Shown here: piece by piece, positions 29,066 through 39,309 of the stretch
Layout of the letters: every line of letters begins with the position of its first letter
Numbering within the stretch: position 1 is the stretch's first letter
Source: Candidatus Eiseniibacteriota bacterium
GTDB lineage: Bacteria; Eisenbacteria; RBG-16-71-46
Reading direction: 5' to 3'
Assembly (NCBI GenBank): GCA_963717505.1
Contig: OY970342.1
Span: forward strand, 416,001-480,000
Length of the DNA stretch: 64,000 nucleotides
Made by a program: the position numbers and the translations under genes
The notes under the pieces: model-generated
Database searches by the model: none
What the model was told of the DNA's origin: nothing
The model's input: only the letters and a program-made list of their open reading frames with translations

Positions 29066-30319
29066 CTACTCGCGCACGCGCTCGATCCGGGCACCCAGCT
29101 TCGCGAGCTTGCGATCGAGTGCCTCGTAGCCGCGATCGAGATGGTAGATGCGCGAAATCCGGGTCTCGCCCTCGGCGGCGAGCGCCGCGATCACCAACGC
29201 CGCGCTCGCGCGGATGTCGGTCGCCATCACCGGCGCCCCCGAGAGCTTGGGCACGCCGCGGATGGTGGCGACGTTGCCGTCGAGCCGAATGTCGGCGCCC
29301 AGGCGCCCCAGTTCGGGCACGTGGGTGAATCGGTCGAGGTAGACGGTGTCGGTGATCGTGCTGGTCCCGTCGGCGATCGAGCACAACGCCATCATCTGCG
29401 CCTGCATGTCGGTCGGGAATCCCGGGAAGGGATCGGTCTCGAGCTGGATGGCCGCCGGGCGCCGCGGCCCGCGCAACGTGACCTCGCGCGGGCCCTCGTG
29501 AATCTCGCAGCCGGTCTCCTCGAGCGTGCGCAGAGCGGCGCGCATGTGGTCGGGCTCGCAGCGCCCGAGCGTCAGGCTGCCGCCGGTGATCGCCCCGGCC
29601 GCCAGATAGGTGGCGGCTTCGATCCGGTCCGGGATGATCTCGGTGTCGATCGGGCGCAGCGCGGTCACACCGTGAATCGTGAGCGTGCGCGTGCCCAGGC
29701 CGTCGATGCGTGCGCCGCAGGCATTCAGGACCTCGCCGAGCACCGTGATGTCCGGTTCGAGTGCGACGTTGCCGAGCGTGGTCGTGCCCGAAGCCAGCGA
29801 CGCCGCCATCATGAGCTGGGCGGTCGCGCCGACCGAGACGATCGGGAACGTGTAGTTCGCGCCGCGCAGTTTCACGCCCTTGCCGACGATGTAGCCGTGG
29901 TCGATGTCGAGCGTGGCATTCAGCGCCTCGAGCCCTTCGAGGTGCAGGTTCACCGGGCGGGGTCCCCAGGCGCAGCCCCCGGGCAGCGACACCCGGGCCG
30001 CACCATGACGCGCGAGCAGGGGCCCGAGCACGTAGATGCTGGCGCGCATGGTGCGCACCAGATCATAAGGGGCTTCGATCGCCGAAGCCTTCGTGGTGTC
30101 GACGATGCAGGTGCCGTCGCGGAACTCGACGACGGCGCCCAGGACCTCGAGGACGCGCGCCATGGTCCTGGTGTCGAGCAGCTGCGGAACATTGCGCAGC
30201 GTGTGTACCCCGGGCGCCAGCAGCGTCGCCGCCATCACCGGCAGCGCCGCGTTCTTGCTGCCGCTGACTTCGATCCGTCCGGCCAGTGGCTGGCCGCCGC
30301 GGATCACGAGCGCGTCCAT
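29066..30319 (-). CDS. murA: UDP-N-acetylglucosamine 1-carboxyvinyltransferase
   Basis: GSKNAALP, MRAS, LPGGCAWGPRP, PGFPTDMQ, HLDRGYE. Confidence 0.98.
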   Translation of the reverse strand: MDALVIRGGQPLAGRIEVSGSKNAALPVMAATLLAPGVHTLRNVPQLLDTRTMARVLEVLGAVVEFRDGTCIVDTTKASAIEAPYDLVRTMRASIYVLGPLLARHGAARVSLPGGCAWGPRPVNLHLEGLEALNATLDIDHGYIVGKGVKLRGANYTFPIVSVGATAQLMMAASLASGTTTLGNVALEPDITVLGEVLNACGARIDGLGTRTLTIHGVTALRPIDTEIIPDRIEAATYLAAGAITGGSLTLGRCEPDHMRAALRTLEETGCEIHEGPREVTLRGPRRPAAIQLETDPFPGFPTDMQAQMMALCSIADGTSTITDTVYLDRFTHVPELGRLGADIRLDGNVATIRGVPKLSGAPVMATDIRASAALVIAALAAEGETRISRIYHLDRGYEALDRKLAKLGARIERVRE

Positions 30320-30639
30320 GTGGGGTCCCTGAGCGTCGGTATCGGTGAGTGCGGATTGGTCCCTGGCGTCTTCCCTGAGCTTCTTCACGCGGATCCTTCC
30401 GGGCGAGATGTCGGATGGGGCTGCGCGCCTGGCGCACAGCGGATCGCGGCCCGCGGGGCCGGCATCAATGTTCGGATTATCGGCGGGCCCTCGGCCCGAA
30501 TCAACCGTTCGACCGGTTTTTTTGCGATCCGGGCGAACCGCGAGTTCCGCGGATTTGGCATCGTCCTGAAGTTCAGTACTCTGCCTCGGCGTAAGATCAT
30601 TGACCCGCTGCCACTCGAGACCATCCGGAGAGTCGTTCC

Positions 30640-31632
30640 GTGCGGAGACTGCTGCACCTCATCGTTGCCCTGTGGGCACTACTCTCGTCGGCGGCCACCG
30701 CCGCGGCGGCCGCCCCCGACACCACCGCCCCCAAGACTCCAACGCCTTCCCAGCCCTCCGAAGCCGTGAAGGAGCGGACCATACAGACGATCCTTCGCGA
30801 GCGGGGACGCACCGAGGAGTTCATCCGGTACAACTCCATGTCGCACCTGGCGGCGGTCCAGCGCGTGGAGTTCGGCGACAAGAAGAGCCTGCTGATCGGA
30901 CGCAATCCCGAGTGCGACCTGCGCATCGACGACCCCATGATCCTGCCCAAGCACCTACGGATCACCCTGCTCGGTGATTCCTTCCACGTTCAGACCCTGA
31001 ACGACAGCGCGACCTTTCGCGTCGACCTGCGCGAACCCCGCGACACGACACTGGCGCCGTCGAGCCTGAGCCCCGGCCGGGTCGGCGAGCTGATCGGGCG
31101 CTACAACATCCGCCTCTCGCATCAGAACGCGCCCGCGCTGATCCTGTTCGACGCGCGTAGTCCCCGTTTCGGCACGTTCCGCGGGCTCAAGTACTACACG
31201 GTCAATCTCGCCTACCGTTACACGATTCCCCTGACCGAGGATGCCGACCCCGACACGGTGCAAATCGCCTCGACTCGCAGCCGTTCGCGGCGGGCGCTGC
31301 GCGTCGGATGGTTCGATTTCAAGGTCGAGGGCAAGCCGTGCCGGCTCGAAGCGCTGCGCATGCTCGAGCCGGGTGCGCCCACCGATGTCCTCGCCGTGTT
31401 CTTCAAGGACGCAACGAACGGCGGCGAAACCTACGCGCAGGGCCGCTACGTGGATGCCCGGCCCCTCGGACGGAGCGGCAACTGGCTGCTCGACTTCAAC
31501 GCCGCGTACAACCCGGCGTGCGCGTTCACCGAGTACTACAACTGCCCCCTGCCACCGGCCGCAAACACGCTCAAGGTGGCGATCCCCGCAGGCGAGAAGG
31601 ACTCCAAGTACCTGAGCGCCGAAGGCAAGTAA
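30640..31632 (+). CDS. DUF1684 family secreted protein
   Basis: Signal peptide; FKDATNGGETYAQGRY, LDFNAAYNPACAF..YNCPLPP..N.L..AGEK. Confidence 0.88.
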   Translation: MRRLLHLIVALWALLSSAATAAAAAPDTTAPKTPTPSQPSEAVKERTIQTILRERGRTEEFIRYNSMSHLAAVQRVEFGDKKSLLIGRNPECDLRIDDPMILPKHLRITLLGDSFHVQTLNDSATFRVDLREPRDTTLAPSSLSPGRVGELIGRYNIRLSHQNAPALILFDARSPRFGTFRGLKYYTVNLAYRYTIPLTEDADPDTVQIASTRSRSRRALRVGWFDFKVEGKPCRLEALRMLEPGAPTDVLAVFFKDATNGGETYAQGRYVDARPLGRSGNWLLDFNAAYNPACAFTEYYNCPLPPAANTLKVAIPAGEKDSKYLSAEGK

Positions 31633-31671
31633 TCGCCGGGGTCGTGCCGCGCTTTGCTCCTTGGGAGCGTC

Positions 31672-31688
31672 GTTCCCGGCAAACATCG
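31672..31688 (+). repeat. 17-bp target-site duplication, left copy
   Basis: GTTCCCGGCAAACATCG, identical to 33028-33044. Confidence 0.92.
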
Positions 31689-33027
31689 TGTTGAGAGCAA
31701 GCCATCTGACCGTTTTTGAGCAGCGATCTGACCGCTGGTCCTAAGCAACGGCGGCCTGAACTGCAGCCGCCGGGTGAACGATGGGTTCAACGCTGAGGGC
31801 ACGTCCCTGGGCCGAGTAGCGACCGAAGAGCTTGGTGCCACAGGTGATGGTGTGGGTTCCGTCGAGATGACGTCGCAGCTCGACGGTGAGGCCCGCACAG
31901 GTCCTGTGGAGCGTGAGGCCATCCAGGGTGACCGTGTTGTCGCGCTGCACGGTCCTGGACTCGAGGTGACAGAAGATCGCATCGAGGTCCGCCCCGCCGA
32001 GAGGTGCAAACCCGGATGCGTCCTCGGCCGGGGTGCGGGCGAACTCGCGGTTGTACTCGGGCACGAACCGCTCGCGCAGGTAACGATTGGCGCGGTCGAC
32101 CGTGCGGATGTGGTGGGTCTGCAACTCCTTGATCAACCGGTCCTGGAGCGTACGGTTGACGCGCTCGCTGCGGCCCCGGGCCTGCGGCGAGTAGGCCATG
32201 ATGTGTTCGACGCCGAGATGGTGAAGCGCCCGTCCGACCTGAGTGTGCCGCGATCGGTCGACGACTTGGCCGGCACGGGCAGTGAAGGTGGCCCACGCAG
32301 CACGGTCGCTATAGACGCTCTGGGGGATGCCGTGTTCACGGACCACGGCCGCCAGTGCGGTCATGATCGTCGTCGTCGTCTCGCTCTCGACGAGTTGCGC
32401 GTACAGCAGGTGCTTGGTCGCATCGTCTACGACCGCAATCAGGCACTGCCATTGGTCCGGCAGCAGCGTCAGCCAGCGGTGTCGGCTGCCGTCGATGTGG
32501 ATGAGCTCGCCACGGCACGGACGCGGTTCGCGCCGGATGAAGTGCCGTCCGCGCGGACGCTTCTTCTTCACCAGGCCGGCGTGCTGGAGCGCGCGTCGCA
32601 CCACCGTGTACGACCAGCGACAGCCACCCTGCTCACGCTTCATCACCGCGTAGAAGTGCCGCACGTTATAACCGCGGCAGTGCCGCTCGTAGAGCTTCAT
32701 CCAACGTTGGATCTCCGCTTCTGGAACCCCATTCGGGGCCCGATCCACGCGACGCCCGTCCTGCAGTCCCCTGACTCCGTACTTCTGGTAACCCACTCTC
32801 CAGCGACGCAAGGTCCGCGGACTGATGCCGAGCACTTCGGCGGCTTGCCACCACGAAATCTTGCCGCGTGTCGCCTGCAAAATGACCTCCTGAAATCTCA
32901 TGGCCCGCTCCTGGGCGGCTGCGGTCGCTGCCATCGCTGGACCCTCCTTGGCGTCCAGTCTTAGCAGCCCCACCCGCCCGGCGGTCACTTCGCTGCTCAA
33001 ACGCGGTCAGAAGCCTGCTCCCTTACA
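31689..33027 (-). mobile_element. IS1202-family (formerly ISNCY) insertion sequence, 1339 bp
   Basis: TGT...ACA ends; imperfect IRs containing TCTGACCG..TTTGAGCAGCGA..TGACCGC at both ends; 17-bp direct repeats; single DDE transposase. Confidence 0.9.
31741..32934 (-). CDS. IS1202/IS481-like DDE transposase
   Basis: HTH (QAAEVLGISPRTLRRW), IHIDGSRHRW, VDDAT, YSDR, SPQARGRSERVNRTLQDRL; AAGGAGG SD. Confidence 0.93.
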   Translation of the reverse strand: MAATAAAQERAMRFQEVILQATRGKISWWQAAEVLGISPRTLRRWRVGYQKYGVRGLQDGRRVDRAPNGVPEAEIQRWMKLYERHCRGYNVRHFYAVMKREQGGCRWSYTVVRRALQHAGLVKKKRPRGRHFIRREPRPCRGELIHIDGSRHRWLTLLPDQWQCLIAVVDDATKHLLYAQLVESETTTTIMTALAAVVREHGIPQSVYSDRAAWATFTARAGQVVDRSRHTQVGRALHHLGVEHIMAYSPQARGRSERVNRTLQDRLIKELQTHHIRTVDRANRYLRERFVPEYNREFARTPAEDASGFAPLGGADLDAIFCHLESRTVQRDNTVTLDGLTLHRTCAGLTVELRRHLDGTHTITCGTKLFGRYSAQGRALSVEPIVHPAAAVQAAVA

Positions 33028-33044
33028 GTTCCCGGCAAACATCG
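33028..33044 (+). repeat. 17-bp target-site duplication, right copy
   Basis: GTTCCCGGCAAACATCG immediately after terminal ACA. Confidence 0.92.
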
Positions 33045-33170
33045 TTGCCGCATGGGCCAAGGAGGGCGTAGCCTTGCAGCCGCGCGGGTCGCGAGGACCT
33101 GCGCCCGGACGGCCCTAGCCCCCGTCCGACGACGATCCCGATACACCCCCCTCATCCCCCGGGAGGCAGC

Positions 33171-33785
33171 TTGGGAGAGCCGCGGAGCGAGTCGCCGCCG
33201 CATTCGGCGCCTGCCGACCTGGAGTCGACCGCCCTGTTGCTCAACCGCGCGCGGCGCGGTGACGACCTGGCGCGCGAACACCTGGCCTCGCGCTATTACA
33301 AGATCCTCCTGCGCTTCGCTCACGGCCGCCTCCCCAACAACGCTCGCGGCCTGCTCGAGACCAACGATCTGGTCCAGGTCACGGTCATGCGCGCGCTCGA
33401 CCATCTCGACAAGTTCGAGCCGCAGCGCGAAGGCGCCTTCCTCGCGTACCTGCGCCGGATCCTGATCAACCAGATCCGCGACGAGATCCGGCGCGCGGCC
33501 CGGCGGCCGGTTCAGGAGTCGGAGCTGGAGACGTTGCCCGACGACCGGCCGAGCCCGCTCGAGGAAATGGTCGGCAGGGAGTCGCTCGAACGCTTCGAGG
33601 CCGCGCTCGCCGCCCTGCCGGACAAGCAGAAGGAGGCGATCATCATGCGCGTCGAGCTGGGCTTCTCGCACCAGGAGATCGCCGACGGACTCGGCATCAA
33701 GACCGCCAACGCGGCGCGCATGTTCGTCGCGCGCGCGATCGCGAGCCTGGCGGAGCGCATGAAAACCCCGGAGCCGACTCCGTGA
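33171..33785 (+). CDS. ECF RNA polymerase sigma factor
   Basis: Region 2 (DLVQVT..AFLAYLRRILINQIRDEIR) and region 4 (ALAALP..FSHQEIADGLG); overlaps kinase start. Confidence 0.92.
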   Translation: MGEPRSESPPHSAPADLESTALLLNRARRGDDLAREHLASRYYKILLRFAHGRLPNNARGLLETNDLVQVTVMRALDHLDKFEPQREGAFLAYLRRILINQIRDEIRRAARRPVQESELETLPDDRPSPLEEMVGRESLERFEAALAALPDKQKEAIIMRVELGFSHQEIADGLGIKTANAARMFVARAIASLAERMKTPEPTP

Positions 33786-36700
33786 CCCCACCCCGCTCGC
33801 GCGCCGTCATTCGACTCGCGAACGCGGTCTCCAAAGGTCAGCCGATCGACTGGCAGGAAGAGAAGACCGCGAGCCCCGAGCTGAACCAGACGCTGGACTG
33901 CCTGAAGGTGGTCGAGAACGTCCTGCGCGGCTACCGGTCGCTCGCCGAGTCCGAGGCCGACCCGCGCCTCCAGCGAAGCAGGAAGGTCGCCGAGCGCGAC
34001 GCCCCCGCGACCGGCGGGCCGGTCGTCGCGCGAGCGTCGACGCCGGCGGTCGCCACGCCGGCGCCCACGGGGTCTGCGGGCCAGCCCCGTTCACCGCTCT
34101 TCCGCTGGGGCCTCCTGGATGTGCTCGAGAAGATCGGCCAGGGAGCGTTCGGCGAGGTCTATCGCGCCTACGATCCCGCGCTCGATCGCGAAGTCGCGCT
34201 CAAGCTCTGGAATCGCGCCGCGTTCCCTGGAGCCACGGCCGACTCGTTCCTGTCCGAAGCACGCCGGCTCGCGCGCGTGCGCCACCCGAACGTGCTCGTC
34301 GTCCACGGCGCCGACGAGCACGACGATCGGGCCGGCATGTGGACCGACCTGATCCGCGGCCAGACGCTGGAGAACCTGCTCGCGCAGCAAGGGGCGTTCG
34401 GGGCTCAGGAAGCAGCACTCATCGGGACCGAACTGTGCCGCGCGCTCGCGGCGATGCACGCCGTCGATCTCGTCCATCGCGACGTCAAGACCACGAACGT
34501 CATGCGCGAGGAGGGCGGCCGGATCGTGCTCATGGACTTCGGCGCCGCCGCCGTGCTCACGCCGCACGGCTCGACCAATCCCGACGAGCCGGCCAAGGGC
34601 ACCCCGCTCACGCTCGCGCCCGAGCAGCTGTTTGGATCACCGGCGAGCCCGAACACCGATCTCTACAGCCTCGGGGTCCTCCTCTATCGGCTGCTCACCG
34701 TCCACTATCCGGTCGAGGCCCGCACGTTCGACGAGCTTTGCGATCGACACCGTCACGGGGAACGCACGCCGCTGCGGGAACACAGGCCCGACCTGCCGAC
34801 GCGACTGGTGGTGGCGGTGGAGCAAGCACTCGAGTCGGAGCCCGACCGTCGCTATCGGAGCGCGGCGACCATGGAGCGGAAGCTCGCCGCCTCGCTCGGC
34901 GCGTTGGGGGCCGTGAGCCGGACGCCGCGCGTGTCCGCCGCCAGTCCCAGCCGACTGCCGCCGCACAACCTGCCGCTGACGCTCACCGGCTTCGTCGATC
35001 GCGAACGCGAGATCGCAACCTGCGCTCAGTTGCTCGAGAAATCGCGCTGGCTGAGCCTGACCGGGCCCGCGGAGCGCGGCAAGACAAGGCTCGCCCTAGG
35101 GCTCGCCGAAATGCTCTGGGAGTCGTTCCCCGACGGCATCTGGCTGATCGAGCTGGATGCGCACCCCACGAATGGCGGCGTGGCGCGGGCCGTGGCCACC
35201 ACGCTGGGCCTGGCGCCGACGACGAACGAGCAGGCGCTCGACATGATCGTCGATCGCGTGAAGTCGGCGCGCGCGCTCCTGATTCTCGATCACGGCGACT
35301 CGGTGCTCGAGGACGTGACGCGAACCGGCCAGGCATTGCTGGCGGCCTGCCCGAATCTCAAGATCATCGCGACCAGCCGGGAGCCGGTTGCGTTTCCTCG
35401 CGGGGAGTCGTTCGAGGTGCCGCCGCCTTCGCCTTCGGCGGCCGCGGCCGACGCGGCGGACGCCGACCGCGCCGCCACCCCGCTCGCCACCGTTCCGTTC
35501 GTTGGACGCCGGGCGGAATTCGACCTGCTCCGGGACTCGCTCGAGCGCGCACGCCAGGGAGCCGGCCGAACGATCCTGCTGGGCGGCGAGGCCGGCATCG
35601 GCAAGTCCCGCCTGATGTCTGAGTTCAGGACCTACGCCGAGTCGCGCCACGTCGTGTGCCTCCAGGGGCGATGCGCGTATCACGGCGGCCGCAACTTCGA
35701 ACCCTTCGTGGAAGCCCTCGAGGAGCTGGCCCGCCGCACGCGGCTGCCGACCATGGCCCTGGTCGCCGAATCGACTCGCGGCCGCCCCGCGCTCGGCGCC
35801 CTGTTCTCGATGCTCCACATGCTGCTCGACCCCGGAGCGCACGGTGCGGTCCAGCTGCGCACGCGCGAGCAGGTCTGGTATCTGCTCGATGCGCTACTCA
35901 AGCGGATGGCCCAGCACGAAGCATTGGTGTTGTTCCTCGACGACCTGCACTGGGCCGACGAGGGAACCCTGTCGCTTCTGAATCACGTGACCCGGAGCGT
36001 CGGCAACTCCCGGTTGCTGATCGTCGGCTCGTATCGACCCGAGGAAATCGGCGCTTCGGCCGGACAGGAACACCCGCTCGAAGACGTGATGCGCCTGCTC
36101 TCGTCGGTTCCGGCCTTCCAGCGGCTGCCGCTGGCGCCGCTCGACGGCGCCGAGACCGCGGCATTGCTCGAGCAGACGATTCGCGATCCCGACCTGGGCC
36201 GCAGACTGGCCACGACCATCCACGATCGCGCCCAGGGGAACCCGTTCTTCACGGTCGAGATCGTGCGCGAGCTGCTGAGCGAGAAATCCGGATTGCGGAC
36301 GGACGGCACGACCCGCCAGGACCTGGTCCTGCCGCAGACGGTGACCGACGTGCTGATGCGCCGCCTGTCGCGGCTGTCGCAGGAGGAGCGTGACCTGGTC
36401 GACCTGGCCGCCGTCGAGGGCGAACGATTCCGCACCGACACGCTGGCCGCCGGCACCGGGCTCACGCGCATGCTGCTGCTCAAGCGCTTGCGCGGGCTCG
36501 AACAGACGCACCAGCTGATCGCCACCGCCGAGGGCGGCTACCGATTCGCACACGGCCTGATCCGCGAGGTGCTCCTGCGCGACATTCCGATCGAGCTGCG
36601 GCGCGAATACCACGGCGTGGTTGCGGCCCATCTGACCGAGGTGTTCGGCGAGCGGCCGAACGAATCCGGCCGCGTCGGCTACCACCTGTTCGAGGCGCAG

Positions 36701-38446
36701 CGCTTCGACGACGCGGTGCCGTTCCTGCTCGGCGCCGCGCGCGAGGCACGCCGACTGTTCCTGCACGATCGTGCGCTGCAGTACCTCGATCAGGCACTCG
36801 AAGCGCTCGGGCGGTCCGCACAGCCCGCCTTGAACCCGGGCGAGATCCGGCGGTCCAAGTCCGAGGTGCTGCTGTTGCTCGGCCGACCCGAGGCGGCGCG
36901 CGCGGCCGCCGAACGCGCGCTCGAGGAGGATGTCCGGCGCGGTGACGAATCCGGGCGAGCTGCCTCACAGGAAGCGCTGGGTGAGGCGGCGCTCGAGCAG
37001 GGCGATCTGGTCGCCGCCGAGTCCCTGCTCACCGACGCTCGCAACCGGTTCGCAGCTTCAGGGGACCGCCAGCAGATCGCGCGCTGCGAGCACAAGCTCG
37101 GGGCCCTGGCCGCGCGTCGCGGCGACTTCGAGCGCGGACTGCACCTGCTCGAGACCGCGCTCGCCACGGCGCGCGCGACCGGGGTCGAACTGGGCGTCGC
37201 CCGCATTCTGCTCGACGTCGGCGATCTCTGCTATCGCCGCGGCGACTACCCGCGCGCGCTCGAGACGTTCGAGGCGGCGGTCGGTGATCTCCAGCGCCTG
37301 GGCGAGCGACTCGAGCTGGCACGCGCACTCAACCGACTGGGGAACGCACTGTTCCAGAGCGGCCGAACCGACCAGGCGCTGGTGCGCTACGAGCAGGCGA
37401 TGGCGCCGACCATCGAGCTGGGCGACCTGCAGGGCATGGCCAAGCTCAAAGCCAACCTCGGCAACGTGCACCTGGTGCGCGGCGACTCCGAGCGCGCGCT
37501 CGACTGCTACCGCGACGCCTTCCGGCGCTTCGAAGAGATCGGCGACAAGGGCGGCATGGCCCAGGCGCTGGTGGCGCTCGGGAACGCCTCGTTCACCCGC
37601 GGCGACTTCGGCGAGGCTGCGCGCTGCTACACGTCCTCGCTCGGACCGCGCGAGGAGATGGGCGATCGCTGGGGCCTCGCGAACTCGCTCGACAATCTGG
37701 GGGTGGTCGAATACCACCTCGGCCGCTGGCGCCTGGCGCTCGAGCACCAGCAGGCGGCCTTCCGGCATCGACATGAACTCGGGGATCGTCCTGGCTGCAT
37801 CGAGTCGACCTTGAATCTGGGTTCTCTCATGGCGGTCATGGGCGACGTCGGGGCGGCCGAGCGGCTCTACATCGAAGCCGAGCGCATGGCGGCTGAAATC
37901 GGGGACCCACGCCGCCGCGCGCGCATCCTGCTCGCTCAGGCCTGCCTCAAGCTCTGGGCGGAGGATCTGGACGGCGCCTCGGAGCTGCTGGAAACCGCCC
38001 GGTCGCTGGCGGCCGACGAGTCGCTGGTCCGATCCCGGCTGTTGTTGCTCGAAGGCCTGGTCGGGATGGCGTCGGCGGCGAGCGACGCGGAGTCGGTGCT
38101 CAACGAGGCGCTTGCCGAGTCGCGCCGGACCGAGTCCATCCCGGACGAGACCAGCGCCCTGCTGGCCCTGGCCGAAATGATGGGTCGCCTCGGACGCCAG
38201 GAAGAGGCGTGGATACGAACCGAGGAGGCCCTGGATCGGGTCGGCGAGGGTCGAGTTCCATTGCTGGAACTCCACGCCCTCAGGTTGAGGAGAGAGAAGG
38301 TGGCAGTAGGTGCTCCCGGGGAGGCCGCGGAACGCTCGGCCACGGAGCACAGGATTCGGACTCTGGTCGAGGGCATTGACGCTGGCCTGCCGCCGGGCCT
38401 CGACAACCGGATGGATCTCGAAAGGCCCCGATTTCCGCTTCCCTGA
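33782..38446 (+). CDS. Hanks Ser/Thr kinase fused to two P-loop NTPase modules and TPR array
   Basis: IGQGAFGEVY, VALK, HRDVKTTN, DFG, APE; degenerate GPAERGKT; intact GEAGIGKS and LDDLHWAD, GNPFF; ~500 aa TPRs. Confidence 0.93.
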   Translation: MTPPRSRAVIRLANAVSKGQPIDWQEEKTASPELNQTLDCLKVVENVLRGYRSLAESEADPRLQRSRKVAERDAPATGGPVVARASTPAVATPAPTGSAGQPRSPLFRWGLLDVLEKIGQGAFGEVYRAYDPALDREVALKLWNRAAFPGATADSFLSEARRLARVRHPNVLVVHGADEHDDRAGMWTDLIRGQTLENLLAQQGAFGAQEAALIGTELCRALAAMHAVDLVHRDVKTTNVMREEGGRIVLMDFGAAAVLTPHGSTNPDEPAKGTPLTLAPEQLFGSPASPNTDLYSLGVLLYRLLTVHYPVEARTFDELCDRHRHGERTPLREHRPDLPTRLVVAVEQALESEPDRRYRSAATMERKLAASLGALGAVSRTPRVSAASPSRLPPHNLPLTLTGFVDREREIATCAQLLEKSRWLSLTGPAERGKTRLALGLAEMLWESFPDGIWLIELDAHPTNGGVARAVATTLGLAPTTNEQALDMIVDRVKSARALLILDHGDSVLEDVTRTGQALLAACPNLKIIATSREPVAFPRGESFEVPPPSPSAAAADAADADRAATPLATVPFVGRRAEFDLLRDSLERARQGAGRTILLGGEAGIGKSRLMSEFRTYAESRHVVCLQGRCAYHGGRNFEPFVEALEELARRTRLPTMALVAESTRGRPALGALFSMLHMLLDPGAHGAVQLRTREQVWYLLDALLKRMAQHEALVLFLDDLHWADEGTLSLLNHVTRSVGNSRLLIVGSYRPEEIGASAGQEHPLEDVMRLLSSVPAFQRLPLAPLDGAETAALLEQTIRDPDLGRRLATTIHDRAQGNPFFTVEIVRELLSEKSGLRTDGTTRQDLVLPQTVTDVLMRRLSRLSQEERDLVDLAAVEGERFRTDTLAAGTGLTRMLLLKRLRGLEQTHQLIATAEGGYRFAHGLIREVLLRDIPIELRREYHGVVAAHLTEVFGERPNESGRVGYHLFEAQRFDDAVPFLLGAAREARRLFLHDRALQYLDQALEALGRSAQPALNPGEIRRSKSEVLLLLGRPEAARAAAERALEEDVRRGDESGRAASQEALGEAALEQGDLVAAESLLTDARNRFAASGDRQQIARCEHKLGALAARRGDFERGLHLLETALATARATGVELGVARILLDVGDLCYRRGDYPRALETFEAAVGDLQRLGERLELARALNRLGNALFQSGRTDQALVRYEQAMAPTIELGDLQGMAKLKANLGNVHLVRGDSERALDCYRDAFRRFEEIGDKGGMAQALVALGNASFTRGDFGEAARCYTSSLGPREEMGDRWGLANSLDNLGVVEYHLGRWRLALEHQQAAFRHRHELGDRPGCIESTLNLGSLMAVMGDVGAAERLYIEAERMAAEIGDPRRRARILLAQACLKLWAEDLDGASELLETARSLAADESLVRSRLLLLEGLVGMASAASDAESVLNEALAESRRTESIPDETSALLALAEMMGRLGRQEEAWIRTEEALDRVGEGRVPLLELHALRLRREKVAVGAPGEAAERSATEHRIRTLVEGIDAGLPPGLDNRMDLERPRFPLP

Positions 38447-38528
38447 TCGACAAAACCCCCGTCGCCGCAAGCCGGGCCGGGTATAATGCCGCGCTGACGG
38501 CGCTCGAAATCCCAGGCAATAGAACCTC

Positions 38529-39047
38529 ATGAGGTCTCACATGAAACGGTTCTGTATGGCGCTGCTTGTGGGTCTGGCAGTACTGGCACTTCACACCTCG
38601 CGATCCGATGCTGCCTCCCGCTACGTCGGATCCTCCGGCACTTCGAGCGGATCGGGCGGCTGCTCGATCACCATCGAGTCGTTCGACCCGAACGGAGAGC
38701 CGGGCATTCACCCGATGGTCGTGATTCCGGTCGCGATCCCGAATGCGAGCACGCCGGCCAATTCGGCCTCGCTGATTCGCGCGGCCCTGGCCGCGGGACT
38801 GAGCCCCGATTTCGAGGCGACGCTCCCCTCGGGGCTTCCCGGAGTCGTGAGGATCAATCACAAGGCCGGCGGGTTCAGCATGGCGATCTCGGAAGACGTC
38901 CCGGGGCAGACCATTCAGGAGGTTTCGCTGAACGTCCCGGCGTCGAATCCGGTCGGGATCTACCTGCTCGGGCTGCTGCTGGCCGCGGGCGGGCTGTTCG
39001 CGCTCCTCTGGCGCCGCAAAGGCGCGGCCACGGAAGCCTCCTCGTAG
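38529..39047 (+). CDS. Secreted protein with IPTL-CTERM-like sorting tail
   Basis: Signal peptide; C-terminal VPASNPVG + TM helix + RRK. Confidence 0.8.
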   Translation: MRSHMKRFCMALLVGLAVLALHTSRSDAASRYVGSSGTSSGSGGCSITIESFDPNGEPGIHPMVVIPVAIPNASTPANSASLIRAALAAGLSPDFEATLPSGLPGVVRINHKAGGFSMAISEDVPGQTIQEVSLNVPASNPVGIYLLGLLLAAGGLFALLWRRKGAATEASS

Positions 39048-39309
39048 AAACGCTACTCCTCTAACGACTTGCCGGCGTCCGTCTCGGGCCGGGGACTCGC
39101 TCCCCGGCCCGAAGTGTTTCCCCTCCCCTCCAGCGATGTGCGGTTTCTCCCGGGGCGTCGTTGGAACTTGTGTCGCGCGATACACGCGCAGCGGGTCCCA
39201 AACCGAAACCCGCCCAGGGGGGCGGCAACGGAAGACCCAGGTGGAGCCCGGGGGTCCGGGAAGAACAAGGACCCGAACCCCAGGCGCTCCGGATCAAGGG
39301 GAGGAAGTC

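Noticed and set aside
30880-30975. FHA-like motif (IGRNPECDLRIDD..LPKH) in the DUF1684 protein
   Set aside because: The phosphothreonine-binding Ser is absent and the protein is exported; probably just the family's N-terminal beta domain
31672-33050. IS targeting of a dif/xrs site or a sigma54 promoter
   Set aside because: No XerC/XerD arms at the flanks; the GG..GC spacing in the target palindrome is 11
39198-39290. c-di-AMP (ydaO) riboswitch resemblance
   Set aside because: Only the first hairpin is similar; the GGGGUGAAU and CAGCUAAC core motifs are missing
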